In this document: positions 48,464-61,054 of the stretch, one piece after another
Layout of the letters: the number at the start of each line of letters is the position of its first letter
Numbering within the stretch: the first letter of the stretch is position 1
NCBI RefSeq assembly: GCF_032062105.1
Contig: NW_026930434.1
Location: 62,001 to 126,000 of the forward strand
Length of the DNA: 64,000 nt
Direction: 5' to 3'
DNA from: Saccostrea cucullata
Taxonomy: Eukaryota
The notes under the pieces: generated by a model
Told to the model about the DNA's origin: nothing
The model's input: only the letters and a program-made list of their open reading frames with translations
Databases searched by the model: none
Position numbers and translations under genes: made by a program

Positions 48464-51400
48464 TGTGATCCGCATCTATTTGTCCACCTGATTTGCTCAG
48501 AAGTTACAAACTTGCCAAATATAGCTATTAGAAGTTTGCAAAATCGTGTGTTGCAGTTTGCCTTAGGAATACACGCATTTTTATTGCAAAAACTTGTTTG
48601 AATATTTTTTTTTTGGTTGTAAAAGTTTTATTTGTTACTGTTTTACAATAAAACTAAAGAAATACAAATGTTTGTTTTGTGAATTTTATACAATAATATA
48701 AAATAGTATTTTCTGCGCTGAAATGCCATCCTTGATTTTGCTCATTCTTAATTCTGGAAGAAAAAAGTGAATATTTTTAAACAAAGTTAAAAAAAAAAGC
48801 AAATAGAACTTGTAAAATATAGATATCAAATAGTCAATAATATGCCTGATATGTTTTTGAAAGCAAAATGGAAAATGAGGTCATTTCCCTGTACCAACAG
48901 AGAAGTTGCAGCTTAGCCATGGCTGTTGTGAGCAGAAGGGGGCGTGTCCGAATTCCACCCCAAATAATTTATCGGCAAACATCTTTTTTAATGGATTTGT
49001 CATGTTGTTAATTTCGTATTTACTGCCAACCGGTCAATTCAAAATTTTCAACATGAGAGATCTCTCCCTCAATGTTAAGTCTGATATTTTTATTTTGGTT
49101 GTCAGGGAATATTTTACTTGGTAGTGCCCCTCCCCAAAGTTAAAATTTTTGGTTGTGCCCCTTGAGATTCCTTTTTGACTTTTACACTTAACTAATTAAC
49201 TTGCAGACCGGATCACCCCCTCCCAATATGCTTTTATGAGAATGTGTCTAGCTCTGGAATGGATAACCTTTTCTGCTGTAAATTATTAAGGTTGACAAAA
49301 TTTGTTTGAAAAAATAAGTATTAAACATTTAAGCAAATTCAATGTACATAGTAGTTAAACTTCTTCATTATAATTCTTTTTTAACTTTTCTGAATTAATA
49401 TTTTCCTTATTTCTTGTTATTTTTTAAACCACGAAAGCTTGACCATAATTATTTGACCCAAGTGATCGATCCATGGCAATGCATATAAATGGGGACCTTT
49501 TACCCCTAAGTTTACATGCTTGATGCTTCCAACATCAGGAGCATTGTACTCTAAGTCAAATCATGGAAATTCAAGAAAGCCTACACAGACATTAATGTGC
49601 AATGCTCTATGAATTCAATCTTTATTTATATACCGGAGTAACTACAAAATATCTCGGTAAATTATCAATGAAATATAAAGTAACTTTCTTATGCCACCAT
49701 CAGAAATTTCTGGTGAAAAAAATCATACCTGGTGTATCAAAATTGGTAGTAAAATATTTGTTTGTATAAATCTCTTTATGACTTAAATCCCGATCGTTTG
49801 AAATTATGTGTATTTAAGAATTAACAAAAAATTGGGCCTATAGTGATGTAAATTATGACATAGGTCAAAATATGCGATTTTCAGGCAAAAAAAAAAATTT
49901 ACAATTGACTTCTTAAAAACCTTCATATTTTGTTGATTGAATGTGTGTTTTGTTGTAGAAGATATATGTACATTTTAAAACATCCAATAGGAGAAATTAA
50001 AAGGAGCGGTTTTCTATATATGATTTGGCGAAAGTGTAATCGAAAAAAAATATCCTAAATTATGTCGGACGCCAAAAATTATATATGCAGGAAAGTTTAA
50101 GATATCGATGTAGTGCTGAATAAATGTGAATAAAAATACTAGCTTCAGAACTTTAACTCTCCGAAATAATAAATGGACAGACCGAAGAATTTGGAAGAAT
50201 TAATTCAGAACCAAGCGCAACTTTTTGTGTAAATATAGTAGTAAATATAGTTTTTTCAATGGGTGGCACTGTATATACATATATCATATACAAAAACCAC
50301 TGTAGCTCTTCGGTCTGTCAATATATTTTTTCGGAGAGCTACAGTTCTCCAGCTGATAAAATACATACATGTGGACTTACCGTCATCTTCGTCAGCTTTC
50401 CATACAATACCGACAGCAGACACGTCGATAGTATGGCATATTACACAGTAACACCTTCTCCCCCGGGCCGATCATGAGGGGGCAGTCGGGGGTCATGTTA
50501 AAGCACCAGCCTCTTTTTGAAAAATAATCTAGCGTTCTTTGTGGACTGTCGTCAAACATACTCTTTTTGATGACTAAAAAAGAAATAAAGAGGATTTTAT
50601 AATTTGAAAAAAAAGTTTTTAAGTCTTAGTTACTATGGCATTGCATTTTGAGGAAAAATAGCTTTTTTCAGAGGTACTTTGAAATTCTGCTAAACTTTAA
50701 GAGAGTTTTTTTTTTAATAACGTTACTTACACAGCGCATTTGAAATCGTAAACAGCACCAGGCAAATAGTCGTTAACACACAAAAAGACCTGTTCATTTT
50801 AGATGGTTACTGCAAACCAAAGGCCAAAACTTTAAGGACATTGCATTGGTTATTTCAATTATATACAGGCAACTTAACTACATATCGATAAACAAGGTCC
50901 CATACCGTAAAAGGCCTACCCCCTGAGGAGGGACGGCGGACTGACGCAGGCGTCAAGTGGCCAGTACGACAATTACTGGCCGGATTACGACAAGCAATCT
51001 GTTGTCAGCAATCGATTGGTCACTCGATAGATGAGGAGGATGGCTTGATATTACTTATCTCCGGGGATTAGTGCTAAATGATTACCGTAAAGTTAGTTTT
51101 CTACAAGTTCTCGTGTGCCGAAGTTTGCGAAAAGGATAGGTAGATTAGCATGAAATAAAGTCACGACATCGTCATATCAAAGGAATTAGGGGAATTACTT
51201 CAGAAAAAAAAGAAATGCAACTCCTGGTCTCATACAGTATGTAGGAAGCACCGACTCTTCGTTTTCATTTTCACTTCATCAATAAAATATATTTACACAT
51301 TTATCAACAGATCGGTTTATCAATTATTACCTTGGGGCGTGTGTCTTTTGATTATCAAAATGAACAGACTACGATCGATATATGAATTATTAACAATCAA

Positions 51401-52108
51401 TTAACTGGCAAACCCTGGTCACTTGATGTCAAGTGCTATAATATACAATTATCTGTGGTACAGTGTATTATATCAGCCGATTGTAGCGTGAAATGATATC
51501 AACAGGTCATTCCTTCATTTATTGGAACTAAAAGTGACCATGGAAGAACACGTTGTACGCAGACGAAAAGAGCGACAGGACGCAATATATTTCTGATTAA
51601 TAAAATATGGAGAAAACGAAGAGAACTCCACTTCAATAATAAGATCGGGAGCAGAACAGATTCGAAATTCGAAAACATCAGAGGTGGGATCAGGTGCCAT
51701 GGAGAAGTGAGCATCCCCTGTCGGTCGATCATGCCCTCTGTGTGCAGTCGCTTTCATGTGCTCACATTTAGTATTTCTTTTTGCAACTTTCTTTCAAATG
51801 ACATATGATTACCTAGAAAATTTCACCCAATTCCATTTTCTCACCGTATTTGGTAATATGCATTCTAAAAAGGATCATCTCTCCCATAAGTACTAAAGGT
51901 AAAGAGGAAGTCATTTAAAGATTGAAACGACGTGTCTTTACGTACTTTACACAGATATCTGTTATTCACTACCGGGCATCCTTCCTGTCACACCGGATAC
52001 ATTTGTAATATCCGCGTAAACTTATTATTTTCTCTCAACTTTCACGACAAAATTGACTATCTTGGATAAAAAATATTTTAATGTGTTTAGAAAATAAGAA
52101 AGAAAAAA

Positions 52109-53161
52109 ATGCTTAAATGTTTTGCTGCAATATTTGAGCACCACATTACGCCCACAAATAACACTGGTTTGGCAGACTTGAACTTGGAAGTAGTCAAATG
52201 GAATGCTGTACCTATAGCGATTCTTGGAGTCATCTTCCTGCTAGGATTACCAGCAAATTCTATCATGCTGCACATTTTTCGGACAGCTTTTAAGAGAACT
52301 GCGTACAGATTAGTATCAATGTGGCTTGCCTCTCTAGGATTAATTAACGTTACGGTTGTCGTTCCTTTAATGGTCTGGCTTTTGTTGTGGGAGATCGACC
52401 ATCCGTCTGAAGTACAGTGTAAAGTGGGCGCTTTTTTGTCGTCGTCTCTTATTCTCTTCTGCCACCTTGTCCTTTTCGTGATAGCAATAGAGAGGTACCG
52501 CAAGGTATTTTACCCTTTTATGTGGCAAATTGAACAAAAGGAAATGAATTTCTACCACATTATCTTGTTGCTCGTCGCCACAGCAGTGGCATCGCCACAT
52601 GCCATATTTGTTGGGCACCGTATTGTACCAACTGGGATAGAGGGCCTAAATGCCACCTTCTGTTTCATATCTGATAGCTATGTCGACTCCATTGTGCCTA
52701 TGGTTTATTATATAGTACTGAACATTCTTGCATTCACAGTGACCATGTTTATTATAACCATGTACGGAAGAATCATCCATATCATTCGACATTACAAGAA
52801 ACAAGCGCAGAGAAATGATGTTTATCCAGACTACGACCAAAACAGCCCCGTGTGCTTCTCAAGCGCTACCAGACTTCTGGAAACAAGACGAACGACCATT
52901 ACGTTGTTTGCCTCGACATTAACGTTCATCTTGACGACATTTCCTTCCAATGCCACGGCCATGTTGCTCTTGTTCAAAGCAGACCTGTTTTGTTTCGCTG
53001 AAAAATCTTTGAGTATTGTCATCAGGGTTGCGGTGTGCACTCTCCTCTTTAACAGCGTTATTAACCCGTGTATCTACTTTTTCGCAGATATTCATTTTCG
53101 AAGTGAAGTTAAACAGTTATGCTCAAGGATTAGGTCAAATAATCCGCGTCAGAGATTTTAA
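52109..53161 (+). CDS. Intronless orphan class-A (rhodopsin-like) GPCR, 350 aa
   Basis: Seven hydrophobic segments; GLPAN (TM1), C-K-V top of TM3, IAIERYRKV, ECL2 Cys, NSVINPCIYFFAD..FR (NPxxY and helix 8); AATAAA at ~53237. Confidence 0.92.
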   Translation: MLKCFAAIFEHHITPTNNTGLADLNLEVVKWNAVPIAILGVIFLLGLPANSIMLHIFRTAFKRTAYRLVSMWLASLGLINVTVVVPLMVWLLLWEIDHPSEVQCKVGAFLSSSLILFCHLVLFVIAIERYRKVFYPFMWQIEQKEMNFYHIILLLVATAVASPHAIFVGHRIVPTGIEGLNATFCFISDSYVDSIVPMVYYIVLNILAFTVTMFIITMYGRIIHIIRHYKKQAQRNDVYPDYDQNSPVCFSSATRLLETRRTTITLFASTLTFILTTFPSNATAMLLLFKADLFCFAEKSLSIVIRVAVCTLLFNSVINPCIYFFADIHFRSEVKQLCSRIRSNNPRQRF

Positions 53162-53276
53162 GTTCATGAACCTAAAATTTTCAGGAATACTGAGTAAACC
53201 AATTTCAGGATTTTTCCCCCATTACAATTCCTTTAAAATAAAGTACATTGTTTATATCATATTGTTATAATAGAAA

Positions 53277-53566
53277 ACTAGAGGTACTGTGAGCGATGAG
53301 CTCACTAAATGATACCCCCCGCCTCCCATATGGTTATAACTGGTGAAAAAGTCCATGTTTTCCTGTGGCTGGAAAACCCAAAATATGTTCGGATCAAAAA
53401 GTAAAATAGGAGGTGCACAATGGCAATATGTAATAAAGATTCTGTGAAAGTTTCATCAAATTTCATTCAGTGGTATGAGAGGATATATTGTTACAAGCGT
53501 AACAGACGGACGGAGGAAGGGTGTTGATTACTATATACCCTCCAGCTTTTCAAGCGGGGGGTATAA
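53277..53566 (+). mobile_element. Short HINE-like element, family ACTAGAGGTACTGTGAGC
   Basis: Head ACTAGAGGTACTGTGAGC..ATACCCCCCGC; GACGGACGG; end ATACCCTCCAGCTTTTCAAGCGGGGGGTATAA. Confidence 0.8.
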
Positions 53567-53877
53567 TAAAGGCTATTGTTATAGCACAGAAAATCTATTG
53601 ATTTATCTTTATTGTTCCTGGTTGCATGATAAATATATCGTAAACAATTGACAATGACAATGTGGCGAAGATAAATAATACAAGGGGCATTCACTCCCCT
53701 GTGATTCCTCTATTGTTTTAAAAGTTTGATGTTTATGGGATAGGTACTTGTATTAGTTTAGATGCAGAAACTATGGTGTTATAGTTTTGACCATAATGGT
53801 TAAGAATAAGATATAAAAACAAAACGCTACAGTCTCTGCATGAAGTTAGTATTTGTTATATTAATGTACAAATATTT

Positions 53878-54166
53878 TTATACCCCCCCCCCCCGCTTGA
53901 AAAGTGGAAGGGTATATAAACGGTTTGTCCGTACAGTCTGTCCTCCGTCATACAGTTAGTATTTGCAACTCCTCTCATATAAAGGAAATTTAATGAAACG
54001 TTCACAGAATCTTTATTACGTATTGCCATTGTGCACCTCCTAGTTTACTTTTTGATCTGACATATATTTTGAATTTTCCAGAGCAAAATATGCATACTGC
54101 CATTATATTCATATGGGAGGCGGGGGGTATTATTTAGTGAGCTCATTGCTCAGAGTACCTCTAGTT
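53878..54166 (-). mobile_element. Second, inverted copy of the ACTAGAGGTACTGTGAGC family
   Basis: Reverse complement of 53277-53566 over its full length (…GCGGGGGGTATTATTTAGTGAGCTCATTGCTCAGAGTACCTCTAGTT). Confidence 0.8.
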
Positions 54167-55012
54167 TATCTTTAATTTTATTAATTTATCATTATTAATA
54201 CAAGAGGCAGTGGACCAAAAACCATTGGCTTGTAAAGCCTTCTAAGATTAAAAACGTTGTTAAGCACATTATTTTAGAAAACTGCCCATTTATCGACCAT
54301 AGGATTTGTAAAATAATGATTTTAAACGTGACTGATCGTGGATATGATATCCTTGTAACGTCAACTTATTTGCGAATAGCATGTGGAACCGTTTTAGAAG
54401 ATAGAATATGCATTTGCAGGTAGACATAAAACTATCTGCTGGTGATAACGGTACTTGTATATCACTATTATTATTACTTTAATAAAATGGAACTTAAATC
54501 ATTGAGTTTGTCTTAGTTTGCCATCAATGTCGTTTCAAGTAATGTTTAACACGAAGCAAATGACGGTTTCAGACTGTGGTCTTTTGATTTCGAGTTCAGT
54601 GAGATACATATATATCAAATCATCATAATAAAATTGGTTGTACAATGCGGTGACCAACAATTTCACTAATTTTATACGTGATCCAGAGCAACCTGGTAAT
54701 GTTGCTTACATTTTGTAATCATTCAATGCTTGTCCCAACTTTAGCAGAATTTGTCGCATCGTGATTAAAAATATCTCGATTCGGAGTAATTTAATAAATT
54801 GTAAACCTATAATGTACGTGAATATTTTGGTATATTTTTCATCAAGTCAGTCTACATCGGATATTGGAAAAGTTCATTTCACAATTTAGACTAAGCATAA
54901 TATGTTTTCATCGATGTACGGGGTGGGTTTACGTCATCACCTTAATTAACAACACTGATAGTCAAACTATTGGCGAACTATTTAATTGAAATACAGAGAG
55001 AAATATATAATT

Positions 55013-55190
55013 CCTAGAGGTACTGTGAGCATTGAACTCACTAAATGATACCCCCCGTCTCCCATATGGTTATAACTGATGATAAAGTCCGTGTTTTGCT
55101 GTGGCCGGGAAACCCAATCCACAATGTGTCATATATAAAAAGTAAAAAGGAGACTTGCACAATGGCAATCTATGTAATAAAGATTCTGTC
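55013..55190 (+). mobile_element. Partial third copy of the ACTAGAGGTACTGTGAGC family
   Basis: CTAGAGGTACTGTGAGCATTGAACTCACTAAATGATACCCCCCGTCTCCCATATGG; a 3'-end-like piece GCTTTTCAAGCGAGAGGTATAA lies at ~55635. Confidence 0.7.
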
Positions 55191-55655
55191 CAATTTTAAT
55201 TTTTTCCGTTAAATTTCACTTTGGTAGAAAAAATGGACATTGCCATTCTTTCTATAATATTAACATGGGCTTTGTCATCATAATCATACCTAACATTTAC
55301 ATTTTTCTAGCCTGCTCAATAGGCATCGCTCCTTGGTACCTTATGTTACCAGGCCAACAAAATATATATACTTTTTGTAATAATATGATTATTATTAATA
55401 ATAATTTGATTACATGTACTTGTTTGCTATTATCCACCTGGTCATTGCAGTATAAATGAGTTTGGTATTTTATTATTATTTTTTTTTCTTCAAAATATAT
55501 TTTATTATTATTATATTATATGTAATAAAGCTGTAAAATTTCATCATGTTGAACTACCCTGTATATCAGTATTTCAAATCTGAGAACTTTTACAAGTGAG
55601 GATCATGTCAATTTTGCATTGTTATAATAATCCCGCTTTTCAAGCGAGAGGTATA

Positions 55656-57048
55656 AAGATGTGTTTGTGAAACACTGATTCCCACGTATGGCAACATAGC
55701 GAAGATGAAACTTTTCTCAAATGCAAATTAAATATGTTGGTATACCCAAAGTAACGTCTTCTCACATGAAATACAATTATGAAATATGAAAGTCTTAGCA
55801 TCACCTGTTCAAAAGTTTTGGCCAAAGATAAGTTTTTGAAAGGTAGAAAGACTGGTCAAACTCCTGGGTCAAGATCAAAGGATCAAAGTTATTGTTTTCT
55901 AAAGAAAGCTCTTGTCACAAGGATCACATATGTTAAGCATGAATGCCGTAGCCTTAACCGTTCAAAAGTTATGGTCAAAGATAAAGTTTTTGAAAAGTAC
56001 AAATTCCAATTACAAGCCTTTTTCGATATCCAATATATTTGTCACAAGCAGTGTATTAAGTAAATTAACTGTGAGCAATGAGCTTACTAAATGATACACC
56101 CCGTCTCCCATATAAATATAATGGAAGTGTCCATGATTCGTTGTAGGAAACCCCAAAAATGTGTCAGATCAAAAAGTAAAATAGGTGCACAATGGCAATA
56201 TGTAATAAAGATTCTATGCAAGTTTCATCAAATTTCATTAAGTGGTATGAGAGGAGTTGCGGATAAGAGATTGGTACCCCAAAGCGTAAAAGACAGACAG
56301 ACGGACGGACGGACAGCTAGACGGACGGACAAGTTTCACCAAATTTCATTAAGTGGTATGAGAGGAGTTGTGGATAAGAGATGGGTACCCCAAAGCGTAA
56401 AAGACAGACGGACGGACGGAATCTTTGTAACATAGTGCCATTATATACCCTCCAATTTTAGCGGGGGTATAATAATGTGAAGTATGAAAGCCCTAGCCCT
56501 AACCCTTCAAAAGTTACGGTCAAAGTTTGTTTTAAAACAGTAGGTCAAACTTTAAGGTCAAAGGGTCAAAGTTCTTGGTATCCAAAGAAAGGTCTTGACA
56601 CAAGGATAACAAATGTGAAGTATGAAAACCTTAGCCATAACCGTTCAAAAATTATGGCCGAGGTTAAAGGGTTTTTTTAAAGTACATTTACATGTACGTT
56701 AAATTACAACTTCAAGGTCAAAACGTCAAAGTTGCCGGTATCCAGTGAAAGGTCTTAATTGTCACAAAAAATAAATATGTGAGATATGAAAGTCCTAGTA
56801 TTTACTGTTCAAAAGTTATGGCCAAAGTAAAAGTTGGAATTTTTTTAGTAAAAGTGTGTCAAACTCCAAGGACAAGGTCAAATTTGGTGGTACCTAAAGA
56901 AAGGTTTTGTCACAAGAAATATACATGTGAAATATGAAAGTCATAGTTCTACTTAATCAAAAGTTATGGGCAAGATTAAAGTTTTGCGGACAAACAGACA
57001 GACAGACGGACGGACACGACAAAGACTATATATCCTCGAATCTTCGAT
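55656..57048 (+). mobile_element. Helentron/HINE-like element (AAGATGTGTTTGTGAAACAC family) containing a nested copy of the second family at ~56068-56474
   Basis: Head, tandem units and GACAGACGGAC tail as at 6729-8190; the nested piece starts ACTGTGAGCAATGAGC, has an internal ~110-bp duplication and ends TTTAGCGGGGGTATAA. Confidence 0.78.
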
Positions 57049-58027
57049 TAAGACAATGATTAAATTTCTTATCATTGTACACTGTTTAAATTTTGGGGTA
57101 ATAGAGATTTTAAACTTTTCTTTGGCTCCTCAATTTAGTGTCATGTTCTAAAATTTGATACGCTGATTGTGGGATATAGTCAAAAACAAATATTTGATCA
57201 GTCATGTTCTAAATCACATTTACTACCACCCATCAACCCATTAATTTTCAGGACATAGCCTATTTGCATCTCGACAGATTTATAATTTGTATTAAGCAAG
57301 AATATTCAACAACCGAAAGACCATTAAAATTTTGATTGCAAGATAGCAGTTTTAATCTTTTGGTTTATATCTATAAGTGAATAGGTATTATTGGCATTAA
57401 TTTTTTCATAATTTTATATATATTGCAATTGTTTTTCTGTAGGAAACCCCAAATAAACTAAACTTGTTTTAAGGATTAAGAAACTGGTAAATCATATACA
57501 ACCTCTTTATATATTATATCTATCCACAAATACAGTAAATGTACGTATGTGTCCGGTGGAAACGTAAACTAGGAGGTGCACAATGGGAAAAAGTAAGAAA
57601 GATTCCAAAAGTCTCATCAAATTACATCCAGTGGTATAGGAGGAGTGGCAAATGAGAGATAAATATCCCCAATACCAATATAATAGAAAAAAGCAGTGTC
57701 CATGTTTTGGTAAGAAACCCCAAATATACATGAATGTTTCCAATCAAACATAAAATATGAGATGCACAATACCACTATGTAATAAAAAAAATCCTGAAAG
57801 TTTCCGTAAGCTCCATTCAGTGGTATAAGGGGATTCGCTGACAAGAGATGGCTATCTTTAAGTGTGACAGACCTAAGGACGCTCCATTGTTACCACGCCC
57901 CCCCCCTTTTCTTGGGGGGGGGGGGGGGTTAAGGGTTTACTGCTTCATACAAAGTATCAATTATATATAGAGTAAACTCTCTCGGAAAAGGCAAACTTCT
58001 CGAGAGATACATGTATGTGGTTGGTTT

Positions 58028-58309
58028 CAGGCGCAGAGCTAGCAATTTTTTTCCAGGGAGGTGGGGTGGCTCCATCCAAATTGAAAAAAAAAAACGTGAA
58101 AAATCTAGTTCGGGGTGGGGGTTGGGGGTGGGGTGGAGTGAGGTTGGTTGACTTCTTATGCTTCATACATTTGAGGTGGTCTGTGTTTTTTTTTTTTGGG
58201 GGGGGAGAGTCCAATGACACTTTTTACTTTGTTTAGTATGTGTATTTAATAACTCTCACCCCCCCCCGGGGCTGGGGATGGGTCCTTTCACCCTCTAGAT
58301 CCGCGCATG
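58028..58309. mobile_element. G-rich MITE with CAGGCGCAGAGCTAG / CTAGATCCGCGCATG ends and 5-bp TSD GGTTT
   Basis: Imperfect 15-bp TIR; GGTTT on both flanks. Confidence 0.6.
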
Positions 58310-60003
58310 GGTTTATTTAAAAAAAATCTACAAATATTGAATATTTGTTTTTATGGGGAATTTTTTTTAAATAGTGGACTTTCTTTAACATTATTAAGAA
58401 ATGTTAAATTTCAAAATACCTCTCGGGTTAAAATTTGGCTCATGGAACGTTTGTTCTGGAAAGTCGAAAAACCCTTGTCATATTTCCTAAATATGGAATG
58501 ACTTCTGTTTCTCATTACATTTCATCAGTGTTTATGGTGAAGCTATTGGGAGAGCAGAGGTCACTAAAATCTTTAGAGAACTATCATAAATTTTCAACGA
58601 AGTTATGTAGCTTTGTATTATTTTTTCTCCCTTGTGTATATATGACATTATCTATAAAATTTCTTTAAAAAATAACTGCAAACTTGCAGGAAACTTGAAA
58701 AAAAAGATTTTAAAGTTAACTTGAGAAATCTTTCGTTTGCCAATTGATAACTTGGGATAAAAAGATATACACATTTAATGAAAGAAAGGTAACTCTATAT
58801 GCTTTATTTGATAAATAGAAAAAAGTCGGTAATTATTTTATTAAGTGGATACTTTAATAGCTGCTTGAAATTTTATAAATCTAGGATACACAGTCGTGCA
58901 ACATCGTCACAACCATGCATAGATGATTCTCGCTTGGGAAAACTGTGAGATACCCAAATATTTAAAAATTGCAATTTCATTATATGAAAAAAAAGGAATA
59001 CCATTGTCATATCAATATTGGCTATATATCTTCACAGTCACTTCGCATTTTTTTTTCAGGGCAATTCTATATACAGTATTTAACATATTAAAATGGAATT
59101 ATATATGCAACCGTGCATGGTAGGAACAGATTCTTTTATTGAGGTTCATTGAAATGAATCATTTTGGGGTTTTCTTTTTCTTTACTTATTTAATTATTAT
59201 ATTCGAACGTAAGTCTTTTCTTGTCTATTTGAAAAAAGTATATAGTAAAATATATATTGGACATTGATCTAATCTAAATGAATTCAATCAAAATGATACC
59301 ACTTCAAAAAAGAGCATATATAAAGGAAAGCCATACGGTCAAAATGAACAAAATGAAACATGTATCATTTAGGACAAAGCGGTTCCCTGTCGCAGCAGTT
59401 GGCAGGTGCTCTAAAACACTGCCATATAGATACAAATGTTGGGGGCTCTGTGACATTTATTGTTGGCATGGTGGGTCATGTTCGGTCAATGTTTTGGGGT
59501 CCTGTCAAATATTATACAAAATAGCATCAATTTCTATTTCAACATTCTGAAAAACACCTACATGTATACTAGTACTTTGATAAACCCTGAAACATTTCGT
59601 TTTTGTTTTGTATATATGCACTCTGAATGACTTCTTTAATATACATTGTATCTATATAAAGATGTATACGTGTGAAATCAGTATCATCAACAGGCTGTAT
59701 ATTTCTACATAAAGAAGCATATATTTTTCGGAGACAGAGAGAACTCCAGTCACTGTGTACACCTCTATTTATCTGTCGTGGTTCAGTTGTCTACTATATT
59801 CATTATCAGTGTGGCCCGCTTCCAAAATGTTTGCTTCAATCCTAAATGACAAGTTGCAATGAGTGATTAAAGGAAACTAATTGCCTTCTCAGTGTATACT
59901 TAACAAATCATTCTCTACTGAAAACCTACCTAGCTTTATTGCACTTGATCACCGCAGATAAGTGTACAAGAAGGTCCCTTGAATTCGGTCAAGAAATTCA
60001 CAC

Positions 60004-60072
60004 CTCTCTCTGATTGTCTGTCTGTTTGTCTGTCTAACTGTCTGACCAGCTGTCTGTCTATCTGTCTCTCTC
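60004..60072. repeat. (CTGT)n/(CT)n microsatellite
   Basis: TGTCTGTCTGTTTGTCTGTCT...GTCTGTCTATCTGTCTCTCTC. Confidence 0.7.
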
Positions 60073-61054
60073 ATTAAAATGCAATTTCCATAAAATTATC
60101 GACCCAAATTATCTTTAGAAAAGAATTAAAAGTAACAGAAAAAAGAACTTTGATGCGTCCTAATATCCATAGTATTATCTCCATAAATTACTGTAACATC
60201 CCTGTCTCTATCCCCCCCCCCTTCCCGGTTTTTACTTTAGTATTTCTGGGATGTCATGATTTGCCGACTGACCTTGACATTAGAATCTTGTGATACATGT
60301 CTGTAATCTCTCATCTGTCTTATCATCCGAACACGCTGTTGAATTACTCTGTGATCATTTACTTCGTAGATACAGGGACATAAATAGATCCCAACCTAAT
60401 CCAACACCATTAGCATTACATCATAATGACAATTATAAAAGATTCCAGGCTCCTGTTAACGACAAAAAACAATAGATTTAGGACTGAGTGTAAGAAAAAT
60501 AATATCACTTCCAAGAAAAGAATAATTTGATATAATACAGGATTATAAATATGAAATATTTTTGTGCAAGTTGAATATTTCGAGGGATTTACTACTGCAA
60601 GAATTGCTTGAAAGGTAGCTATCTACGATGTACATGTATCAACAAAATATCACTGCAATTTACTTTTTAAAGATTAAGTTGACGAACAGTGATTTATCTT
60701 TTAAAAAAATCTACAAAAATTACAAATCTATTAAGACGGCATAAACACGGGTCCCTCGGAATTCTAGAGGTGGGATCAAGTGTCCTAGGAGGAGTAAGCA
60801 TTCACTGTTGACGCGATCAATGTCGCCCCAACCATACGTATTGATTGGGTATACGAGGGTTAACGTTGTTCGAAAAGTTCGTGGACGATGTCAATCTTCA
60901 TTATATTACTCACTAGAAATTTTAAATAAGTATAATACAATATGTAAAAATATTCGTTTTGTTGATGTGTGATGTTTAATTCTATTCGATTTAACAGAAA
61001 TCAATTTACTTCATCTTAAAATCAATATGTTTTGTACCCGCGGAGCACCCTTAA

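Noticed and set aside
50922-50990. Hammerhead ribozyme (CTGAGGA core)
   Set aside because: No properly placed GAAA after stem II and no closing stems found.
59278-59550. 90-aa Cys-containing ORF
   Set aside because: No recognisable domain, signal peptide or splice context; probably spurious.
60852-61050. Mariner-like element (TACGAGGG start) hosting the Kolobok insertion
   Set aside because: No matching right TIR could be located, so boundaries are unsupported.
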